From assembly GCA_033764315.1 (NCBI GenBank), contig JANRJA010000075.1:1-64000 (forward strand): a DNA stretch of 64,000 bases, read 5' to 3'. The stretch comes from Oculatellaceae cyanobacterium bins.114 (GTDB taxonomy: Bacteria; Cyanobacteriota; Cyanobacteriia; Elainellales; Elainellaceae). A program made the translations under genes and the position numbers. Every line of letters starts with the position of its first letter. The stretch's first letter is position 1. Below the pieces are notes generated by a model. It did no database searches, had not been told where the DNA came from, and worked only from the letters and a program-made list of their open reading frames with translations. This document shows positions 57,853 to 64,000 of the stretch, piece after piece.

Positions 57853-58665
57853 ATGACTGATTTTTGGACGGATATTCTCACTTTTGCTGAAACCACTACC
57901 CAGCGTGTTGGAGCACAACTGCTCAAAGACTTTGGACAGGCACAGGCATCTGAAAAAGCCGATGGTAGTTTAGTCACCCAATCCGATCAGTGGGCAGATG
58001 AAGAGTTGCGGGGGGCGATCGCCACTATCTTCCCTGACCACGGGGTCTTGAGTGAGGAAGTGGCTCACATCTTTCCTGATACCGAGTGGTGTTGGGTTAT
58101 CGACCCTGTAGACGGCACCACCAACTTTGCTAGAGGTTTGCCGATCTGGGGAGTGTCATTGGGATTGTTATATCGCGGCACTCCTGTCTTTGGTTATGTG
58201 CATCTACCTCCGTTGAGGCAGTCCTTTCATGGGTTTTGGTATGGCGAGTCGGGCTTGACCGGACCCACCGGAGCCTTTTTGGATGGTCAACCGATCCATG
58301 CCAGTGCCGATGCCATTAGCCCCAATCACTTCTTTAGCCTGTGTGCTCGCAGCATCGCCGCCCTAAAGCAACCCTTTCCTTGCAAAATTCGCATGTTAGG
58401 GGTCGCCACGTATAACCTGCTCACTGTTGCGGCAGGAGCGACTCTGGGTGGCGTAGAAGCCACCCCTAAAATCTGGGACATTGCGGCAATTTGGGCAATC
58501 ACACAAGCGGCAGGAGCGGTGTGGCATCCATTAGAATCAGAACCAATTTTTCCCCTCAAGCCAGGGCAAGACTACGGTAAGCGATCGTTCCCCACGCTGG
58601 TGGTGAGTCAACCCAGTTTGATTCCCGTGTTTGAACCCCTGGTTCACTTTTTGCGCCAAAAATAG
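57853..58665 (+). CDS. Inositol monophosphatase family protein
   Basis: SEE, WVIDPVDGTTNF and WDIAA motifs. Confidence 0.92.
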   Translation: MTDFWTDILTFAETTTQRVGAQLLKDFGQAQASEKADGSLVTQSDQWADEELRGAIATIFPDHGVLSEEVAHIFPDTEWCWVIDPVDGTTNFARGLPIWGVSLGLLYRGTPVFGYVHLPPLRQSFHGFWYGESGLTGPTGAFLDGQPIHASADAISPNHFFSLCARSIAALKQPFPCKIRMLGVATYNLLTVAAGATLGGVEATPKIWDIAAIWAITQAAGAVWHPLESEPIFPLKPGQDYGKRSFPTLVVSQPSLIPVFEPLVHFLRQK

Positions 58666-58734
58666 CACAGTCTCCTGACCCCTCTGTCGCTGACGTCCAA
58701 AATCATAAATCTGAAATCCAAAATTGGTATAACG

Positions 58735-58748
58735 GTAGCCCCCGATAC
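58735..58748 (+). promoter_or_regulatory. Possible NtcA site GTA-N8-TAC
   Basis: gtagcccccgatac lies 70 bp upstream of the GS-like gene. The flanks lack the extended TGTA/TACA consensus. Confidence 0.3.
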
Positions 58749-58818
58749 TCAAAAACTCAACTTTTTACAGCAGTCTCAATTAGAGATCTAGTAGCGCAGT
58801 TGAGTAGGAGCGATCGCA

Positions 58819-60198
58819 ATGGTGATGGAAATGGTGCCACCGGGGGAATTACGGGACGATCAGCAGCAAACGAATGGGGGAGATGCGATCGCCCAATTCA
58901 TCACTCAACTCAAAGAGCAAAACATTGAATACTTGCGGTTTGAACTCCCTGATCTACACGGTGTCTCTCGCCTCAAAGTGGTTCCAGTTGACAAGGTTGA
59001 AGGCTACACCCGCAAAGGCTTGAATTTCTACGGTGGCACGCTGGCACTCGATACGGCTTCTATGGTCGTTCCCGATTCTGGCTATCATGGAGAGCGCAAA
59101 TATCGCGATCATCTGATCTTTCCCGATCTCGATAGCCTTACCCCAGTTCCCTGGCTTGACAAAACCGCCAAAGTGATTTGTGATCCCTACTGGAGCCATG
59201 AGGAACCCCTCACCGTGGCTCCTCGTTATGTCCTCAAAACTCTGCTTAAAAAAGCGGCAGACCTGGGCTTTGATGTGATGATGGGTCACGAGTTTGAGTT
59301 CTATCTATTAACCGCTGACAAAAAGCCGATCTTTGACGGGCTGCACATCTTCAATCACATCCGCAACCAATACATCCCTGAAATCGATCAGATTCTCGAT
59401 TACTTGAGAGGGTCAGGCATAGATGTGATTACGCACAACTGCGAATACGCCCCTTCTCAGTTTGAGATCAACTATGGAGCATCCAAAGGCATCTTGGGCG
59501 CAGACAAAGCCTTCACCTTTAAAAATGCAGTCAAAGAAATCGCTCATCGTCTGGGCTACCATGCCACCTTTATGTCAAAGCCTTTTGCGGGGATGTCAGG
59601 TTCCTGTTGCCACTTCCATCTCAGCCTCTGGGAACGCAACAGCGACACTAATGCCTTTTTAGATCCCGCGGCTGAGTATGGACTCTCCAAAACCGCACGG
59701 GCATTTATTCAGGGAATTCTTGACCATGCTCCAGCCATGTTGCCGTTTATTGGCCCCACCCCTAATTGCTATCGTCGGCTTAAACCTCATACCTTTGCAC
59801 CCTCAAATATCAGTTGGGGCATTGAAGATCGTTCTGCCATGATTCGAGTGAAGGCAACAGGCGATGAAGGCACCCACCTCGAAATGCGGGCTGGCTCAGC
59901 TATTAGTAATCCTTATCTAACGGCTGCGGCGACTTTGGCAGCGGGTTTATTGGGGATTCAGCAAGAGCGTGAGTTGCAACCGATGGTAGATGGCCCCAGT
60001 GAGGACGATCCCTCGTTATCCAAATTTCCGCAAACGTTGGATGCTGCTTTAGAGGCACTGGCAGCCGATAGGGAGATGCAGGAGATGTTGGGGCAAGACT
60101 TTTGCAACCTCTTTACCACCGTCAAGCAGTTTGAGTTGGCTCGTTTTCACGACCACCTGACTGACTGGGAGACAAATGAATACATGGATGTCTATTAG
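58819..60198 (+). CDS. Glutamine synthetase family protein (probable gamma-glutamyl-amine ligase, PuuA/GlnA-like)
   Basis: GHEFEFY, EYAPSQFE, ATFMSKP, GSCCHFHLS, NCYRRL and EMR motifs. It lacks the GYEAP and N-terminal DGSS of canonical GS I. Confidence 0.88.
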   Translation: MVMEMVPPGELRDDQQQTNGGDAIAQFITQLKEQNIEYLRFELPDLHGVSRLKVVPVDKVEGYTRKGLNFYGGTLALDTASMVVPDSGYHGERKYRDHLIFPDLDSLTPVPWLDKTAKVICDPYWSHEEPLTVAPRYVLKTLLKKAADLGFDVMMGHEFEFYLLTADKKPIFDGLHIFNHIRNQYIPEIDQILDYLRGSGIDVITHNCEYAPSQFEINYGASKGILGADKAFTFKNAVKEIAHRLGYHATFMSKPFAGMSGSCCHFHLSLWERNSDTNAFLDPAAEYGLSKTARAFIQGILDHAPAMLPFIGPTPNCYRRLKPHTFAPSNISWGIEDRSAMIRVKATGDEGTHLEMRAGSAISNPYLTAAATLAAGLLGIQQERELQPMVDGPSEDDPSLSKFPQTLDAALEALAADREMQEMLGQDFCNLFTTVKQFELARFHDHLTDWETNEYMDVY

Positions 60199-60341
60199 AG
60201 GGTTATTAAAACATGACCTCATGGTGGTGTGTCAGACATCCTACCGTTTACTTAAAATCAAGGCTGGCTTTTGAGTAAATCTCAAGGCTCTGAGCTATTG
60301 ATCCAAGACTTGTTTGACTTTGTGGAGTAATTGCTGCACAA

Positions 60342-60371
60342 GCCTCTCACAATCCATTTGGGATTGCTGTA
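60342..60371. mobile_element. Single end of the TATAGC MITE family
   Basis: gcctctcacaatccatttgggattgctgta matches the reverse complement of the left end of 22885-22977 with two mismatches. Confidence 0.6.
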
Positions 60372-60473
60372 GAGTGGCTGAGTAGAGTTGCACCAGATCG
60401 ATCGAAAGCGATTTAACCTGAAATAACTCACTATCAATCCATGTTACTCAATAGCTCATGGAAGCAATGGCTC

Positions 60474-60950
60474 ATGGAAACGTCTCAATCGTCTAAATTA
60501 TTTCAATTTGAGGAGGATTTTGGTGACTCCTTACGGTGTATTCCCATGCGAGTGCGACTCAAACTCGACACCTGTGGCATCAAGCTCAAACTGCCTCAGT
60601 GGAATCAGTTCACTCTAAGCGATCGCCAGCAACTCCTCGATCTCCCCTGTGATAGTGAGGCCGCGATCGCCACCTATCGGGCAACCTTGCAACACCTGAT
60701 TCAAGAGCGCACGGGTGAAATTGCGACCGAGTTGGCGATCGACCCTACTCCGGCATGGCAAGATACGGCGACTATTCCCACGAGTGTGCAAGCACGAGCC
60801 GATGAACTAGGACTGACCCTGATGCAGCACCAATGGGCAACGCTCACACCCGATCAACGCTTTGCTCTGATTAAACTTAGCTGCTCTGAACACGAACACC
60901 GCAACTTTTTGCCTGCACTAAAAGAATTTCAGATCGTTGAGACGGTATAA
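60474..60950 (+). CDS. narM: Nitrate reductase associated protein
   Basis: FQFEEDF..SLRCIPM.VRLKLD.CGIKLKL and QRFALIKL...HEH.NF motifs. Confidence 0.88.
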   Translation: METSQSSKLFQFEEDFGDSLRCIPMRVRLKLDTCGIKLKLPQWNQFTLSDRQQLLDLPCDSEAAIATYRATLQHLIQERTGEIATELAIDPTPAWQDTATIPTSVQARADELGLTLMQHQWATLTPDQRFALIKLSCSEHEHRNFLPALKEFQIVETV

Positions 60951-61026
60951 GTAACGATTCACTATTAACGAGTGGTACAGTAGGAGTGCCGAAACATTTC
61001 GTAATATTTCTCTTATTTAATCCTCT

Positions 61027-61608
61027 ATGCTGAATCGTCGTGCCTTGCTACAAGTCTTGTGGATTGGTTGCATTGCTCTTTTATGTTCTTTAAGTGCGCT
61101 TCCCCCAACCGGGGGACTGCTTGGCATCGCCCCAGCTTTTGCATTGGGTGGAACTCAACCCCCACTCAATCAACCCGCCCCAGCTTTTACGTTGCCAACG
61201 AATGTTGGGAATGGTGAAATCTCCCTCAGCGACTATCAGGGCAAGTGGGTCGTTGTCTATTTTTATCCCAAAGACTTTACCTCTGGCTGCACCTTAGAGG
61301 CGCGTCGGTTTCAGCAAGACTTACCCAAATATCGAGATCGCAACACCGAGATTTTGGGCATCAGTGTCGATGATGTCGATTCTCATGCTGAGTTTTGTGA
61401 CTCTGAGGGACTGCGCTTTCCGCTATTGGCTGACACCGATGGATCGGTTAGCAAGGCATATGGTTCATGGTTAGGGGTTGCCTCTTTGCGACACACCTAT
61501 ATCGTCGATCCGCAAGGGATTCTACGAGAGCGGTTTTTAGGCGTCCAGCCTGCGGTTCACAGTGCTGAGGTATTGGCTCGATTGGATGAGCTACAACAAG
61601 AAGGATGA
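61027..61608 (+). CDS. Peroxiredoxin (PrxQ/BCP family), exported
   Basis: YFYPKDFTSGCTLEA peroxidatic motif; N-terminal RR/hydrophobic signal. Confidence 0.92.
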   Translation: MLNRRALLQVLWIGCIALLCSLSALPPTGGLLGIAPAFALGGTQPPLNQPAPAFTLPTNVGNGEISLSDYQGKWVVVYFYPKDFTSGCTLEARRFQQDLPKYRDRNTEILGISVDDVDSHAEFCDSEGLRFPLLADTDGSVSKAYGSWLGVASLRHTYIVDPQGILRERFLGVQPAVHSAEVLARLDELQQEG

Positions 61609-61690
61609 AGAATGAAAAGTGAAGAATGAAAAGCGAAGAGTGAATTTAAACGTTTCCTTCTTCTTTTTTCTCTCTTTCCTTCTTAATAAT

Positions 61691-61822
61691 GTGCCGGGGC
61701 ATGAGGCGGGGGCTTACCCATGCCGATCCTGACGAAGGGAAGGATCTTTGGCTGATGTCGTGTTACCTGAAAATGATGATAGGGCTGTACAGGTGTGCGA
61801 CATAAGTCAGTTATCCGGCATT
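61691..61822. ncRNA. Candidate structured non-coding RNA of unassigned family
   Basis: Closing stem tgccgg/ccggca encloses stems ggcatg/catgcc, gatcct/aggatc and a long stem ggctgatgtcg..acctg / caggt..cgacat..tcagtt. A minus-strand promoter is adjacent. Confidence 0.55.
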
Positions 61823-61852
61823 GCTTAATCCGATGTATTACTTATACTACAA

Positions 61853-61881
61853 ATACTACATCAGTCTCTATGATCTGTCAA
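61853..61881 (-). promoter_or_regulatory. Near-consensus sigma70 promoter TTGACA-17-TAGTAT pointing into the structured element
   Basis: Minus strand: ttgaca gatcatagagactgatg tagtat. Confidence 0.6.
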
Positions 61882-62003
61882 TCGATCTTGAGGCAATCCG
61901 CGATCGCCTCTTAGAGAGCAGTACTGCGATCGCCACAGACTTGACTCAAAGAGTAAACATCCTTTAGCAAAATTGCCTATTCTGGAAAAGGATGTGCAAA
62001 TAA

Positions 62004-62966
62004 ATGGGTATGAGTAATCAAAGGGAAGCTGAGCGGCCAGATCAGATTGTCACGATCGCTGTAGTAGGCGATGTTCATGACCAATGGGATCGGGATGATG
62101 AACATGCGCTCAAAAAAATGGGGGTCGATCTGGTGTTGCTGGTGGGTGATTTTGGCAACGAAGCGGTGAATCTGGTGCGATCAATTGCCAATCTTTCAAT
62201 TCCCAAGGCGGCTATTTTAGGCAATCACGATGCCTGGTATACGGCGACTGATTGGGGTAGAAGCAAGTGCCCCTACGATCGCACCGTGGAAGACCGGGTA
62301 CAACAACAGCTTGATGCATTAGGTGCGGCCCATGTGGGCTATGGCAACCTAGATTTACCTCATTTGGGGCTGAGTGTAGTGGGGGCGCGTCCCTTTAGTT
62401 GGGGTGGCTCGACCTGGAAAAATGAGGAGTTTTATCGCGATCGCTATGGTGTGACGAGCTTTCAAGAATCCATCGACAAAATTGTGGGCGCGGCTCAACA
62501 GACCACATCAGACACCATCATTTATCTGGGGCACTGTGGTCCTATTGGGTTAGGCGATCGCCCCGAAGACCCTTGCGGCAAAGACTGGCAACCTCTAGGG
62601 GGTGATCACGGCGACCCTGATTTTGAAGCGGCGATCGCTCAAACCCGTGACCTTGGCAAAACCATTCCCCTAGTGGCGTTTGGGCACATGCATCACCAGT
62701 TGCGGCACACCAAACTGCAACTCCGTCGTCCAGTTCATGTGGATGCTCAAGGCACGGTGTATGTGAATGCGGCTTATGTACCGCGTATCATTCCTACTGA
62801 GGAAGATTGCTTGCGTAACTTTACGATTGTCACTCTCAAAAATGGGGTGGTGTTTCAGGTGGCACTGGTCTGGTTAAATCAAGACCTTGCCATTCAGTCA
62901 AAGCAGATCTTTCACCAACAACCCTTCCCAGTTGAAGAAGAAGTGGAGGAACTGGCTTCAACTTGA
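62004..62966 (+). CDS. Calcineurin-like metallophosphoesterase (TIGR04168/DevT-like)
   Basis: GDVH, GDFGNE, GNHD and GHMH motifs. Confidence 0.88.
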   Translation: MGMSNQREAERPDQIVTIAVVGDVHDQWDRDDEHALKKMGVDLVLLVGDFGNEAVNLVRSIANLSIPKAAILGNHDAWYTATDWGRSKCPYDRTVEDRVQQQLDALGAAHVGYGNLDLPHLGLSVVGARPFSWGGSTWKNEEFYRDRYGVTSFQESIDKIVGAAQQTTSDTIIYLGHCGPIGLGDRPEDPCGKDWQPLGGDHGDPDFEAAIAQTRDLGKTIPLVAFGHMHHQLRHTKLQLRRPVHVDAQGTVYVNAAYVPRIIPTEEDCLRNFTIVTLKNGVVFQVALVWLNQDLAIQSKQIFHQQPFPVEEEVEELAST

Positions 62967-62984
62967 TGGTGGTTAAACTCCCAA

Positions 62985-63374
62985 TTATCCTTGAGTTGTC
63001 TGCTCTACTTTAGGCTTGGCTCGACCGAGGGGACGCAGTTCGGTAATGACAGGCTCGTACTTGCAATAACACAACACAATCTGCCTCTGAGTAACATTGG
63101 ACGATGCAGCATACTGCTCTACTCGTGTAATGACCCAATCTCCCTCACGTACATGGGTCGAACTTTCAGGATATTCAGGATCAGCAAAGCTTTCTATCTT
63201 CAAGAATTGTCTGAAGCGATCGCCCACTTGCGGCAGGTTGGAACCTGTGTAATCCCATTGCTCATCTAGAATATCGGTCAAGCCTCCCATTGGAAGTTTC
63301 CGCTCTTCCCAACCCGGTTGATTTGGTTCTGCCAGAAATAGTATCCAGGTTTCAGCCATAGACATCACCTTCAA
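62985..63374 (-). CDS. Hypothetical protein
   Basis: 129-aa ORF; PQVGDR and DWVITRVEQY motifs; 4-bp overlap with the upstream gene. Confidence 0.7.
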   Translation of the reverse strand: MKVMSMAETWILFLAEPNQPGWEERKLPMGGLTDILDEQWDYTGSNLPQVGDRFRQFLKIESFADPEYPESSTHVREGDWVITRVEQYAASSNVTQRQIVLCYCKYEPVITELRPLGRAKPKVEQTTQG

Positions 63375-63958
63375 AGCTGGTCTGCCTCATAATTCAATCT
63401 TCTGCTAATTATTAGCCGTAAAAGACCAAACCCTAAAACTAGTACTAACAGTTCTGGCATCCCTATTAGCATCAAAATACTAGCTACAGATAGTACTCCA
63501 GATACCAACAAAACCAAATTCAGCGAAGGAGCAATTTCTCCAATGTGCCTTCCGGGTCGAAGAATGAAATTTTGAATTGCGGGTATTAAACGTATTGAGA
63601 GAGAAAAAGCAAATAACGCAGTCATTCCAAGTGGTGAGTATTTTCCAAATTGATGAGGATGTAGCTTCACCCAGCCCAGTAAATTATCCATTACAAGCAG
63701 AAAAACAACTAGAATCACCATTGGGATGAGGGACAGCACGCGGATCGGAACCCCCTCTCTTATCGGCACATCCTCTATTGAGGCAGTAGGAATGAAACCA
63801 ATTCTGCTTATTTGCGCAATGACCTCTGATGCAGCAATTGAGGGTGAAAAGCGAATTTCTGAAGGGTACTCGGTCAGAATGTGTTTGATGAGAACTGATC
63901 CTGAATCTGTCTGTTCTAAAGCAGCGATTTGTTGAGATTCAAATTTGTACTCAACCAA
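63371..63958 (-). CDS. Hypothetical membrane protein
   Basis: 195-aa ORF with about four hydrophobic segments. Start uncertain. Confidence 0.65.
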   Translation of the reverse strand: MVEYKFESQQIAALEQTDSGSVLIKHILTEYPSEIRFSPSIAASEVIAQISRIGFIPTASIEDVPIREGVPIRVLSLIPMVILVVFLLVMDNLLGWVKLHPHQFGKYSPLGMTALFAFSLSIRLIPAIQNFILRPGRHIGEIAPSLNLVLLVSGVLSVASILMLIGMPELLVLVLGFGLLRLIISRRLNYEADQL

Positions 63959-64000
63959 GAAGGATCGTAGAGTGATTTGGCTTGAGGTAATTGTCAGGAT

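Noticed and set aside
58697..58724. Heptamer run ccaaaat cataaat ctgaaat ccaaaat
   Set aside because: An ordinary STRR-like short tandem repeat of filamentous cyanobacteria.
1..64000. Very frequent GCGATCGC octamers
   Set aside because: This is HIP1, a well-known genome-wide cyanobacterial feature. It was used only as a marker of native versus foreign DNA.

Overview
64 kb of a cyanobacterial chromosome. The evidence is very frequent HIP1 octamers (GCGATCGC), the genes crtH, ado, narM and a PucC-type MFS, and the cyanobacterial cox locus. A filamentous Leptolyngbya/Oculatella-like strain is plausible, but that is inference only. Most of the window is housekeeping and signalling genes: RND pump, crtH, upp, aroE, two CHASE2 sensors, folK, cobQ, ctaB/ctaA/ctaCDE, ado, a GDT1/Mnx Mn transporter, a GS-like ligase and a Prx. 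Two accessory patches interrupt it: about 32.1-35.9 kb (Cys-tailed MarR + EamA, TIR-GUN4 protein, RelE/ParE TA pair) and about 49.2-55.2 kb (Uma2, STAND/NB-ARC-TPR gene with an in-frame palindromic insertion and an AT-rich 3' half, HigBA, orphan HicB, NfeD-like, Uma2). Non-coding features absent from the ORF track are the iron-stress sRNA IsaR1 with a Fur-like box between crtH and upp, a yybP-ykoY Mn riboswitch upstream of the GDT1 transporter, several MITE/palindromic repeats, and a highly structured ~130-nt element at 61.7-61.8 kb next to a near-consensus sigma70 promoter. I cannot assign that last element to a known family; it is the best novelty candidate. I found no tRNA, rRNA, CRISPR array or intact transposase. 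All family assignments come from motif recognition by eye; no searches were run.
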